A stretch of 64,000 nt of DNA from Podarcis vaucheri (Eukaryota): assembly GCA_965113315.1 (NCBI GenBank), contig OZ220363.1; one strand, 5' to 3'. A program made the position numbers and the translations under genes. The notes under the pieces are model-generated. The model saw only the letters and a list, made by a program, of their open reading frames with translations. It searched no databases and was not told the origin of the DNA. Positions 12,901 to 25,120 of this stretch are shown here, one piece after another (positions within the stretch are counted from its first letter, which is position 1; each line of letters starts with the position of its first letter).

Positions 12901-14599
12901 CAAGCGCTTCCAATAGGGTCCTCAGCTGTGTAGACATTACTATTATGAAACACAGCTAATTATTTCTTTTTATCAATTTAGATTGAATCTGGTTCGCTGA
13001 AAAATGCATCAAAATTTAGTAAGCTTGTAGAGGGAGGAGAGGAAGAACCAGATGGCTCAGCTGTAGAGTGCTCTTGTCTTCTGGCATGAATGGCCATGTT
13101 ATTGTTGGGGTTTCACTGGTCAATGGAAATCTGTTGGTTTTCCCCCTAGCTGTTCTTCCATCCAATTTCAAACCATAGTTTATGAAGGTGGCTTGCTTTT
13201 CCACTAACCATAGTTAATATTAACCAGAAGAAATTGCAGTTAACTTAAAATGAAGCAGAAGCTTCCGATCTCCTTTCAGCTGTGTCAGGAGAGGGGAAGC
13301 CTGGGTGGGAAGCTAGGCCTAGTCTTATTATGTCTGAATGCAGCCATTTTATCTTTTGATGGCTACAATTGGATTAATTGGTCCACTCGTGCCATTGATG
13401 AGAAATCATTCACTGCTATATCTCTTTGCTGCATCTGATTAGTATCAGAGTAAGAGCCCATACCAGCCTTCTGCAGCCTGGTACTTTCCTGATCTTGTGA
13501 GACCCCATAAGCCCCAGCCAGCATGGCCAGCGGTCAGTAATGAGTTACACACCAAAACATTTTGGAGAGTACCAGGTTGGGGCAGGCTTGGCCTACAACC
13601 TCACTATGTCTATTTATTTTGTGTGCTGCTTTTTTTAAAAGTGTGGCTTTATGGAAGAAAACCATCATGTTGAAACGGGTTGTTTTTGTTTTCTTGTTGT
13701 TGTTTTTTTAACATGTTCCCTGCAAGCTTCAATTCTGTTTGCTCTCCTATTTCAAACTTTGACCGAAGAAACATTCTCAAGTGTCTGACAGCTGTGATGC
13801 CTGTGCAATAACACGGCATTATGATGTGACGATCTGAGAGGATTTGTCGCTGTACTGTCAGGGGTCTTGCTGCATCGTTATATTGTTGCCTTTAAACTGT
13901 CAGGATGTCTGACAGAGATGCCATTGTCTTGGCTTGGTATTGCAGTGTTCGTTTCATTGCAAATTTTTGACTCTTGCTTGGCAGGCTTTCAGTAAAAAAA
14001 AGTTTCACAATAATGAGATTCCCCACCCCCCACCCCCGCTCCATTTCATCAAAAATTGAAGTCCATTGTGTTTCAGAATCCTTATACTTTTCTTTAAAAC
14101 AATAGCAGCAAGAAACAAACAGACCCCAAATATGAGTGAGAGGATCTAACCAAGTTCAGCGTCAAAACTACTCCAGACTCATGTTGGATGCTTTCATATT
14201 TGCTCTTTCTTTTCTAGCTAGAAGCAGTTCCTGTATCAAGCCACAGTGTCTTTATTAGAAGAGCCTATCAGCTTCACTTATTTCTCTGCTTTCTCCCTGA
14301 TATGTGTCTTATTTTATTTTTAGTAGTATTATTAAGCAAAATCATTCGCACGTTACCCATATTGTATTAGGTGATTACATAACATTGAAAATGAAGCCAG
14401 ATATACAAGCTAAATACAGATTTAGCAAGCGGAAAACCTTTGCAGTACAAATATATCATTTAGCAATGATAACTTGGCAGCGCATCTATTTGTATGGATT
14501 TGTATAGAACAAGACACTTCTACATAAATATCAGTAGGTGGAAATGCTAGTTTCTGCAAAAACAAACAAACCCTTTATTTTTCAGCTACATGTGAATAT

Positions 14600-14668
14600 A
14601 TGGCCATTTCTGGACCGAGATAGCCTGACCCTTGTCCATGTGCTGGCAACCCCCAGATTGGATTACTA
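14600..14668 (+). mobile_element. L2 LINE ORF2 fragment
   Basis: Translates WPFLDRDSLTLVHVLATPRLDY, resembling the L2 RT C-terminal motif RPFL...VHALVTSRLDYCN. Confidence 0.6.
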
Positions 14669-16438
14669 TTGGATTAATATTATGTTTTTTCAAAAGAGGG
14701 GGGTAGTCTTATGTCATCCATTTTCATATATATTCACCAATACTTTGAAAAGCTTGTTTGATTCTTTAGTGGGATTTAGTTCCAGTAGTGTTGTTTGCTA
14801 GTTTGTGCAGTAGCTAAATATGCTCATTGCGTCATATCCATTGGGTCTATCTGCTGATGGAGAGAATCTGTTAGTGAAAGGAGGGGAAGCAATTGATAGC
14901 AATTTCTCTCCTCTCCAGCTGCAGCTCCTGCTCCTAAATCTGCTCCAAATGGTTGGGGAATCTTCTAGAAACAGATTTAGAGGGGCATTGGTGTGTGATA
15001 ATATTTTATAACATACTGATTTTAAAGAGAACCCCCCCCCCTTGGGGTGCTACACACTGTAATCTATATGTATTTATGTTTGGTTACAAATGTTTGGCCA
15101 CCGAAGAGGAAGTTGCTAAAATACATGTGGTTGATTCATCTAAGGAGTGAACCCTCTTTTTTTTAACGTTGCATTTGGCCTATATACAGAATATAGGAAT
15201 GCTTGCTTAACACTGGTATGTAGTATATATGACACATGGAATATGAAATAATTATTTTCATGTTTGTAAACTCACCATTGAGGATTTTACCTTTGACTTT
15301 GTCTTTTTGCAGGATTGTGTTAAGGAGAGCAGAACTGTTTTCTGTTTTCATTTAAACACAGTCACAGCAGTTCCCCTTTTGAAGGTAAACTTGCTTGCCC
15401 AATTACTAGGTCAAGGGAAAGTTAATGCAAATTAATTCTAACTTCAAGATTTTGATTTGGCCACAAAGCTTATTTTTTAAAAACATCAAAAAATCAGGTG
15501 TTCTGGTTTGGCTTTCACAAACTTTAGTCTTGAGGCAAAGGATAAGTAATTGATTATTTCATACCCCCCCCCTGTTGAAATGTTCTTCTTATTTTCTTTC
15601 ATAGTTTTGGTTTCAGGCTTGTTATGAAAAGCTTCATACTCTTAGATTGAACTCTCAGAGTTCACTATGTTGCTTGGTACCTGAAAATAATTAGCTGAAT
15701 ATTGGAAAAGTAATGTATAAACCTGAGCACAGAGTATAGAAATCGATCAAAATACATCTCTTACCTTAGCCAGTCTTAAAAATGCTTTCCTTTTGGTCCA
15801 AGTGTGGAACAAAATTGTCTTGCTCTTCTCATCTTTCATACAAAAGACATCTTGCATTACAGAATCAAACTTAAATTACAGTATTAGGCAGTGAGGGAAA
15901 ATGCAGTTGCTCTTTGCTCCTTCTGGATAACAGAAACAAGAAGAAAATGGGGAAATAACGGGAACAAATGTTTCTAATCTCAGAGCAATTTTTAGAACAG
16001 ATGATGGTTTGTAAGAAAGAGTTCCGATAGTCCTTTCAGGCTGAAATCTGCTGCAGTGATAACAAGACACCATAAAAAAAGCAAAATGCACTGATACTGT
16101 TGTGTTCATATTTTTCTGTCAGCTATATTAGCTGCTACAAATTTGTCTTCTAGAATAGTAGTAGATTACTCCATACATTGAACCGTATCGTGGGTATCTC
16201 CTATCTGTCCGTCTCTAGGAAGATAAGGTGGAGATACACAAAAAACCCCAATGAAAAGTGGCTTAATTCTGACAGAGTTCATAAATCAGTGAATTAATAC
16301 AAGTATGTGGTAGAGAGATTTCAACAAGGCTTCTGGTTTTGGTATTTGGAATGTATAAAGGCAGTAAATGCTGGGAAATGAAGAGGACAGATTTTCAGTG
16401 GTTGGGAGTGTTTACTTCAAACCTCTTCCAAAGTGAAT

Positions 16439-16540
16439 TAATAATAATAATAACAACAATAACAATAACAATAACAATAATAATAATTTATTTGTATCCT
16501 GCCCTCCCCGGCCGAGTCGGGTTAAGAGCTGCTAACATCA
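16439..16540 (-). repeat. (AAT/AAC)n tail and 3' end of an L2-type LINE or SINE
   Basis: aataataacaacaataac... followed by atttatttgtatcctgccctcccc. Confidence 0.55.
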
Positions 16541-16785
16541 TAATTAGGTTACTGACTTATCACCTAGCTTATACATCACCCCATGGCATCCACTATTATG
16601 GTGTGAAGGAAAATATAATAAGACAAACCTGCAAAACAAGTGAAAAAAAGATGCTTACTAGTGCTCCAGAACTGGTCTGTGACCCTAATAATAAAATTTA
16701 TTTTATTTACTAGTGCTAAAAATTACTTTGCTTTTCAAAATGATCCTCCATGTCACACAACTTGAATAATGGATCTGCTAAATTA

Positions 16786-17252
16786 CCGTATTTTTCGCCC
16801 TATAGGACGCCCCGTCCCATAAGGCACACCTAGGTTTTTTTTGGGGGGGGGGGAATAAAGGGAAAAAAATTATTCCCCCCCCCAGGCACGGGGCTGGGGC
16901 GGGGGAGGCCTGAGCTTCCCCCGTCCCCAGCCCCCAAACAGGCAGCTCTCTGCAAGCCGTGGGAGCCCAGTGCTGGCTCCCGCTGCTTGCGGAGAGGTCC
17001 AAGAAGCCTGGACGCGCTGATCTCAACGCACGCAGGCTTCGGCATGCAGGCAACTCTCCGCAAGCAGCGGGAGCGCTCCCGCTGCTTGCGGAGAGGTCCG
17101 CGAAGCCTGGAGAGCAAGAGGGGTCAGTGCGCACCGCCCCCTCTCGCTCTCCAGGCTTCAGCGAAAGCCTGCATTCGCCCCATAGGACGCACACACATTT
17201 CCCCTTCATTTTTGGAGGGGAAAAAGTGCGTCCTATAGGGCGAAAAATACGG
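16786..17252. mobile_element. Tc2-like non-autonomous element, copy 2
   Basis: 25-bp TIR CCGTATTTTTCGCCCTATAGGACGC; TA flanks; ends shared with 3761-4219 but a different core. Confidence 0.9.
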
Positions 17253-17450
17253 TACCCACTGGGAATTGTTACACACCCCAAGGTGAACAGCTAACTTGTG
17301 GGGCTGCTTCAGACAGAGTGTAGAAACAGGGAATCTAAGGCTGCAATCCTGTACCATTTTACCAAAAGTAAGGCCCACTGAACTTAGCAGGACTTACTTC
17401 TGAATAAGCTGCGTAGGATTGAGCTCCAAATATTTCAAGATACTTGTTTG

Positions 17451-17638
17451 CAGCTGCTGGGTGACCTTGGGCCAGTCACACTTCTTTGAAGTCTCTCAGC
17501 CCCACTCACCTCACAGAGTGTTTGTTGTGGGGGAGGAAGGGAAAGGAGAATGTTAGCCGCTTTGAGACTCCTTAAAGGGAGTGAAAGGCGGGATATCAAA
17601 TCCAAACTCTTCTTCTTCTTCTTCTTCTTCTTCTTCTT
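17451..17638 (+). mobile_element. 5'-truncated Squam3-like SINE with (CTT)10 tail
   Basis: Core gggtgaccttgggccagtcac...; L2-like 3' end gccgctttgagactcc...gggatatcaaatcc; (CTT)10 at 17609-17638; possible TSD cttgtttg. Confidence 0.7.
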
Positions 17639-17949
17639 GTTTGTTTTGAACACTTGTTCCTGCTCTTTAGCCAAAAGGGACAGGGAGGGGATAGAGAAAA
17701 AATCAAATTTTGACACCAATTCTTAAATAGTAGTTCTTATAATGACCAGCTGGTATTGGAACAGCTCAGATGTAGGAGGCATGTGATGGAGCTGGTCTTT
17801 TGGCAGAGCAAGCTGATCTTTCAGGGTGGAATGAACCCTGTTTCCAATCTCCTCCTCATCATGCATGCCTGCAAAATATCTCTGCCAAAAGCATTATTTG
17901 GCAATCCAGCAGATGGCAGCCCTATATATACCGGCTTGTTTACAAATTC

Positions 17950-18340
17950 AGTTTTTATCTTGCACCCTCAAGGTCCAAGAATTACCAGGTCAACTAACAG
18001 ACAGTATAAGAGAATAAAAGGAAACAGCAGCAATATGTCATTAAAAAGCATTGTGGGGAAGGGAATTCTCATCTGGTACCAAGCAGTCTTCCAAAGGCAC
18101 AAAAGCAGCACCAAAAACGCCAGCCTGCTGCACATCAGAATGCAGGGTTTCTGGAGGAGAACCTTAGATGATGATCTTAGTGAGCAGGCAGACGAGAGAA
18201 AGCACTCCAATAAATATCTTGGTACCAAACCCTGTGTAGGGCTTTTAATAGGTTAATGCCAGCTCTTTTAATTGAGTTCAGAAACTAACTGAGAAACTAA
18301 TGAAGATATTTCAGTACAGGTAATGGTGTCACAGTTTCCA
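17950..18340 (-). mobile_element. Degraded L2 LINE ORF2 3' region
   Basis: Minus ORF VPRYLLECFLSSACSLRSSSKVLLQKP...RLAFLV...LW resembles the L2 terminal motif GPxYL...LRSS...RAFS...LWN. Confidence 0.5.
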
Positions 18341-20729
18341 CTCTTAGCATCCTTGGGCCACTCTAGTTGTGAGGACAACAGGGTCATTGCATTTTAAAGC
18401 CAGGGTTGTACAAGTCATTAAATGCCTTGGAATCATTTAATCAATCACAAAATCAGTAAAGGCTGTTAAAAGGGGCAACTAGTTTGGTCCAGTGAAATGA
18501 ACTAATGTATGTGTTGAGTAGAATTAAGTCTGAAAGTCCTGCATTTAGATACCATGTCTATTTCATGCTGTAGCCACAAGAGTAGATGAGAGAGGATTTA
18601 AGCAGGGAGAACATTTGGTGTTCCACTTTAGACAGTAACACATATTTGGGAGGGAGAGAGGGAGACCTACTGCTTTTAGAGGGAGCAATATGTTGACCAT
18701 AGCATGGCTGAGAAGATGCATGGCCGGCAGGAGTGGGGGGGGGGCAGCAAGTTCTGTTTTGGGTTTCTGATAACAGTCCACTTGGTAGAAGCAGCAACTT
18801 TCTTTTATCACTTCCCTCTTACTTACTTCCTCCCACCCCCTTTCTAATCAGAGAGAGAGAGAGTGACTTGCTGCACAACTGTCATCTTCTCAAAGCGTCT
18901 GCCTTTTCTATTTGTTACTATGTTAAGCAGCCACGTACCTTATTATTTAACATTGTGAAAACAGTGACAATTGAGGCTCTTCGGCATGTCATTCTCATTG
19001 TCTTTGTCGATTATAATGTTTTGATGGAAGGCTTTGGAACTTTACAATCTGCTGTTTTCCCCATATGTAACCCTTTCCCTCTTTTGTTTATACACAGTGT
19101 CAGTGAAAATTATGTTTGCAGCTTGCATAAACTGGATAATACAGCTTTATGCATCCATCATGCTGTGATTCCAGTTTGCACATACAACGCAATCTGAGTT
19201 CTGTTTTCACTGTCCCAATGTGTGCGGCAGTATTTGAGGTGGTTTCTTCGTAACAGATTTCCCTAGTACAAAATAGCAGAGCAATTCCAGATTTCAGTCC
19301 GAAGTGATTTTGCTAATTTATGTTTTGTTTCTATAAATGATTACTGAAATGCATACATTTGTATGATGGGATGTCTTTCAATCCACCTCAATATAGAGCA
19401 GATAATGAATTCAACTGTGTGTTGTTAATCTTCTTGGGGAATTTACATTAGAGAGGAGATAATTGACTACATTGGAAGCAGACCAGTATGTCTGTCCCTG
19501 CAAAAGTATGGCCATTGTTTGATTATTTGCTAAGTGTTTGGGAATTTAGTTTTGCGTATTGCCAAGAAGGAGCATATGGCTGCCTAACACTGCATTGGCA
19601 TGTTATTTCAGTGACAACAAGGCTAGAGAGATTGTATGGCCTCTGGAATTGTATATTAAAGGCCTTAGATTGTATAATTGGGCAAAGTTATTAATCTTAG
19701 TTTACGACAGAACTCTTAGCCTTCAGTATGTATGTCACAGCATAATGATAGATTCCCACCCTTTCTCCTTTGATATCTTTTTTAAAGTTTTGTTGTGAAA
19801 TCCTTGATTACCTTAATGTCCCCCCCAAATAATAAATAAAAAGGAATTGACATGTTCATCAAACGTAAAGAACACACATGCCTGATAGTGCCTTGTACTT
19901 AAACACTACATCATAAAACCTTAATGTTTTGTCAGATTTTCTGTTCTCTAAATTCTAAACGGATTCAATGCTGGGAGAGATTTAATAGCAGCTATGCAAT
20001 CTTTTTTTTGACAGTTCAGTATTTTTACCAAAAAGTTGGCATGTGTCTTCCCCTCCTCCTCCTCCTGCAATTATTGGAGTACGAATGACATATGCAGAAA
20101 TAACAAAGTTGCCTAGACTTTCCATACCCCAAGGACAGCTGCCTCTTCATAAAAAGTATTTTGACTTCTTTGTGTGAAGGCTGCTGGGTTTATTTGAGAG
20201 AACCCAAATAATACAACAGCTTCTTACCAGCATATAGTAGTTTCCCCACTGAATGTCATTAGTTAAGATTGACAAATGCCATTGCATTTCAAGTTGCATT
20301 TTAGAAAAAGGAGTATAGGAAAATCTAACTCTTCTCAGTTTGTATTACAGAATGTTTTTAGCCTGCTGAGAAATTACTTATGTATTAAAGAGACTGCACC
20401 AAATCAACTAATCTAACCTAATTAACTTTAAAATATTGGTACCATAATCTGTTAGGTAAACAAATTTAATCTCTTAGATTTTTACCAATATTAGTAACTA
20501 ATTAGTCATAGTTGACATTGACCCCACTCCTTCACCTGACTCATCTGGCATGTGGAGAGGATTTGGGGCAAAGGAAGAGGCAGCTTCTGCTTTCATTCCA
20601 TGTCTTGGAAATGCTCAGCAGCAGCGACAGTATCTCACAATTGTCTCCAAGTGTGGTATGGAGGGAGAAACTGACGGTGGTAGCTTTGTGCCTGGCCAGT
20701 AAATGTCTTGTGTTGTGCTTTCTCCCTAG

Positions 20730-20992
20730 GCTGATCCACGGAGGACAGCTGTTGAATGGATTGGCAGGCCCTACTGTCACTAGTGCTGCTCCATTCCTCT
20801 CCACTACATGGTTTTCACCAGATGAGCGTGCCACCGCCACAGCTGTTGCATCATTGATTGGTTACCTTGGTGGAGCATGCGCTTTTTTAGTAGGACCCTT
20901 TGTGGTTCCAGGACCGAATGGCACATCCACAGTTGCACCTGGAAGCAGCCCGGAGCATATCAAAGACCGCATTGAGGCTGTGTTGTACGCAG
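20730..20992 (+). CDS. SLC49A4: SLC49A4 coding exon 3 ([16 protein letters not shown]...[12 protein letters not shown]...NGT...[12 protein letters not shown])
   Basis: Acceptor tttctccctag|G, donor G|gtatcg; lies in ORF 20512..21027; FLVCR-family WF-x-x-x-ER motif; NGT sequon at 20917-20925. Confidence 0.96.
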
Positions 20993-22842
20993 GTATCGCA
21001 GAAGTAATTTCACACTTAATTTCATAATGTGTATCCATTAGGAGTTTGCTGGTGCCCTCTAGTGACTCATCTGAAAATAAATCTCCATGACTGTGAGCTC
21101 TAGAATGATTTGCCCTTAATTGTAAGAGCCAAGCACTGGTTGTGGGGTGTGTAGCTGTTGATCTTACTGTTGCCTTGAATATCGTCAGTCATTCCAGAGG
21201 TAATACCTCTTTCAGACTTCCCAAGCCAGACAGTTCCTCCAGCAAACATTTCATGAGATGGTTTAGTTCTGCTTTTTTCAATAACCGTTTTTCATAAGTC
21301 AGTAAAGTCCAGATTGAATTGCTTTCCCCTGTAAATCATTTTAAAGTTACCTTCAAAATATTTTTATTTTTATGTAGATTTTTGTCTACTTAAAAATGGT
21401 AGGAAACTGCTTTATCACAGTAAATAGTTGTGTTAGGCCCCATCATTTATTTTAGCCCAAACACAAATGCCTTAAACTGATTTTCATGAAATTCAAAATG
21501 CTGCCTCCGAATACATTGGTCATGCAACTTTTTCAGGGATTATATTGTGAGCAGCGTTTAGCAGAATTTTAGGATCCTAATCATAAGGTATTCTCTAGAA
21601 AAGAAGAATTGCTTTGATCTTTGATTTAAGAAGAAATGCAAAATAAAATCTTTAATTAACAAATGTGAATGGCCAATTCAAACTTAATTTGTTTTGGTGT
21701 CAGTGTTCACAGCTATCTTCCAGGGGTCAATAATTGAGCACAATTTGTTCCATTTTGGCTCCACTAGGCAGAAAATGCTTTACCTCTGATGTATTTCTAA
21801 AGGCAGGCAGTCCCAGACCTCCAGGGCAGCCACTAAGAAGACATTTCCCTTATTTATGAATGTGATGCAAGGGTGGTAGCAAGTCTAGGCTGGGATTGAA
21901 AAGGAACACAAAGGAAAAGTAGTCCGCAGATTATAGCTCCCTCCCCCCACCCGTAACAAGTTTATATTAACAAGCAGATGCTGACTGGAGGTATGCTGGC
22001 TGTTTAGCTGTAATAATAAATATTCATTCATTCCGTCATTCATTCATGTTGACTGGAGAGGAAATGGCTGGAGTGTTGTGTTAATGCAGAAACATTAAAA
22101 TGTATCTGTTAGGCATGTGTTTGTATTAGTTGTTAGCTGGAAAGTTACAAGTAACCAAGGAATATAAAAGTAGTTGGTTTTTCAAGAGGAAAACTTTGAC
22201 TTCCATTGGTTTCCATAGCTGGGAACTGCTTAAAATGCATTCTCACTTCTTGTGTACCTACTGGACCTTTTAATTTGTTGTTTACCTTACATATTGATCT
22301 GATTGGATCATTAAAGCATTTGGCAGTGAGGGCCAGGACACTAACTGCCCACAGCACCAATGTAGTATAGCTAAAAATGACAAACTAATTTTGCAGGCCG
22401 GCCGGCCAGTGTAAACTTTCAGCTGTTGTGAATACTTTCCATACCGGTATATTGTATTTTATTTAAATATTTATCAGTCCTTTTCTGAACCAAGCTCCCA
22501 AAAGATAGGGAACAAAATATAAGCATCAGACAAACAAAATAAACCAACAATATATTAAGTGTAACTCAGCTGGTATAAAACAACAAAACAGCAGCATGGT
22601 GAATAAAACATATACATTAAAATCAATATGAAAACTTCTGAAATAGCAACTGGTGCCCGCCAATGTAGTCTCACTTGATTGATTGATTGTATTTTTAAAA
22701 TTCCTAATCCACCCTCTATCAGAACATGCTATCAGGGCAGGATATTATAACATAAACAGAAATTTAAAATACAACATAAAATTCAGAGTACAGTAGATAA
22801 ACAATGACTACAGACCCAGGCCATATTTGCCACTAGAGAGAG

Positions 22843-22844
<2 letters not shown>

Positions 22845-22886
<42 letters not shown>
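22845..22886. repeat. (AAT)14 microsatellite
   Basis: Read directly from the sequence. Confidence 0.95.
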
Positions 22887-22887
<1 letters not shown>

Positions 22888-24425
22888 CTGCTGCTGTATC
22901 CAGCACAGTAGTTATGCTTATGAAGCGGAGTTCTGTTTCCTCTCCTTCCCTGCACATCTCCAAAATCTGCTCTGTAGGGTCCCCCAACACTCTGGAAATA
23001 TTTACCCTTCACTTAGCAGACCTGTCAAACTCTTTGCATCATACTCATTTTTTTCTCAAAAAAAGGGGAATGAATTTGGGGGGGGGGGTTGGTGAGTGAT
23101 GATACAGACTTTTTCAGAACGTGTTGCCTTATCATAGAACGCTTTTTCTTCTAGCTTTTCGCATTATGGTTATTGATTCTTTAGTGTAAAGAAGCCAATA
23201 TTTATAGGGCATTGGGACAACCTTATATATTAGAATTGGGCAGGAAAGGCAGTTGGGCCAAATGTTGTATGTTCTTGTAAATGGCTGCTTGAAATTAATT
23301 TGGCTGCCACTAGGCAGGTACAGCTGAATAAAGCTGAATGAATTTGTGTAGACCTGCTTGCTGGTTTTACTGAAAACATTTGAGTTGAATCATTGTTTCT
23401 TCATTGATGTGACTTTGTATAAAACTCTACGTTGGAAAAGCTATACGATTTGTACCATAGTTCTCTTGATGAGGTTGCTCCTGAACATGGGATGCTAAAA
23501 GTGAACACCAGGAACTGGGAGGTGCTTCCATGGTTTTCTGTTGCATATGCTTCCTTTTGAAGCATCTTTAATTTGTCAGATACAGGATACCGACTAGGTG
23601 CCACTTCTGTCTGGTCTATCAGGCTGGTCTTCTGTATTTATTCACTTTAGTGAATTATTCACTTTAGTGAATAAATGACTATTGCCTTCGTTTTTCATAT
23701 GTTCTGACCTCCTCTGCTTCATCCCTACATGGTTTGTCCCTTCTGCTGACACATGCTTTCAGACTCTATTCTTAGATTTAATTACTTCTGTGCTAGTATT
23801 GGAGCCCTACTTGAAGCTTAAATTTAAAGCCATGGATGGACTCCAAATAGCATATTAGGCTGCTATGAACAACTCTGGTTGTTCCTTCAGATGCTCACAT
23901 AGCATTTTGGACAGGATGCTTCCTTCCTGTTGCTCTTTTCACCTGAAATGGTTTTCCTGCACTTTCCATTTCAGTCACTTCCCCTGCCCCTTGTTGCTTT
24001 CTAGTACTACACAGTGCTTCTGCAATTAATCTTCTATTCCTAAAATTCTACTGAGAATTTATGTAGGAGTTTAGATTGCTAAAAGCTCTTCCCCTACATT
24101 GTCCCAGTAAAGCTGCAGTTTATATATTTAACTCGGAGATTGCAATTTGTCACTTGTCTACATGGCCTGGGGTGAAATAGCAATTACTCAGTGAAGGAAT
24201 GACATTAGGTGGTGGTGGTGTGGTGTGGGGGTTGATGGTGTCCTAGTTGCCTGTCCTTTAAAGTTGAGGCATTCTACATCTCTTAGCCAAGGGAAAGATC
24301 AAGACTTTGTCCTTTAAAACATGTCTCAGGTGCCTGGTCTTATAATACTGGGACTGGCTGGAACAACAGAGAGAGTGGACCCTGTGAGCAAAGAGTGCTG
24401 TATGTGTTTGTTCATTCCTTGTATT

Positions 24426-24602
24426 NNNNNNNNNNNNNNNNNNNNNNNNNNNNNNNNNNNNNNNNNNNNNNNNNNNNNNNNNNNNNNNNNNNNNNNNNNN
24501 NNNNNNNNNNNNNNNNNNNNNNNNNNNNNNNNNNNNNNNNNNNNNNNNNNNNNNNNNNNNNNNNNNNNNNNNNNNNNNNNNNNNNNNNNNNNNNNNNNNN
24601 NN
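24426..24602. other. Assembly gap (177 N)
   Basis: Run of N about 390 bp upstream of exon 4. Confidence 0.99.
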
Positions 24603-24900
24603 TGTTTCTGTGCACCAGGGTTCACTTTTTAAGCAATGTGTGGATCAAATCGTATATTCTGTGAATATTCATATTCCATTCCTGTTGCACATCAGTAAGG
24701 TGGATTCCCTATTGCCTCTTCTTGTTTGTTTTTTTGCACCTGTGGCTAAAGATTTTCCAAAAGCGATTTGAGTTGAGATCTGTTATTCCAGTGTATCTGA
24801 ACCAAATTTGAATTGCTTTGGTTTTCACATGTATTTGCATTGCTGATATTGTCAAGTGCTTTGAGGTGTTTCATATGAAATGATAATAGGATAATAATAG

Positions 24901-24948
24901 GATGATGATGATGATGATGATGATAGCAGCAGCAGCAGCAGCAGCAGC
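24901..24948. repeat. Compound microsatellite (GAT)8(AGC)8
   Basis: Read directly; ends about 42 nt before the exon 4 acceptor. Confidence 0.95.
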
Positions 24949-24990
24949 ATCTACCATAATGGTTTGTTTTTTCCCTTTGTATTCCCTTAG

Positions 24991-25120
24991 AATTTGGCTT
25001 TGTGGCCTTGATATTCTCTGCAGCCCTTGCCTACTTCCCATCACGTCCTCCATTTCCACCCAGTGTAGCTGCAGCTAGCCAGAGGCTCAGCTACAGAAGA
25101 AGTTTTTGTAGGCTATTAAG
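24991..25120 (+). CDS. SLC49A4: SLC49A4 coding exon 4 ([43 protein letters not shown])
   Basis: Acceptor attcccttag|AA, donor AG|gtatgt; FLVCR-family PPxPPS motif; overlaps ORF 25002..25208. Confidence 0.96.

Noticed and set aside
13815-13915. C/D-box snoRNA (ATGATG...CTGA)
   Set aside because: The C box is imperfect, with no terminal stem or recognisable rRNA/snRNA guide.
20512-20729. 5' extension of exon 3 implied by ORF 20512..21027
   Set aside because: Similarity to DIRC2 starts only after the strong acceptor at 20729; the upstream open frame is incidental.
22808-23099. Poly-Asn and poly-Leu ORFs
   Set aside because: Translations of the (AAT)14 microsatellite.
23639-23672. 17-bp tandem near-palindrome TATTCACTTTAGTGAAT x2, and (CTAGATGTA)3 near 6183
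   Set aside because: Simple local duplications with no spacers; not CRISPR-like.
24321-24664. ORFs spanning the N run
   Set aside because: Artefacts of the assembly gap.
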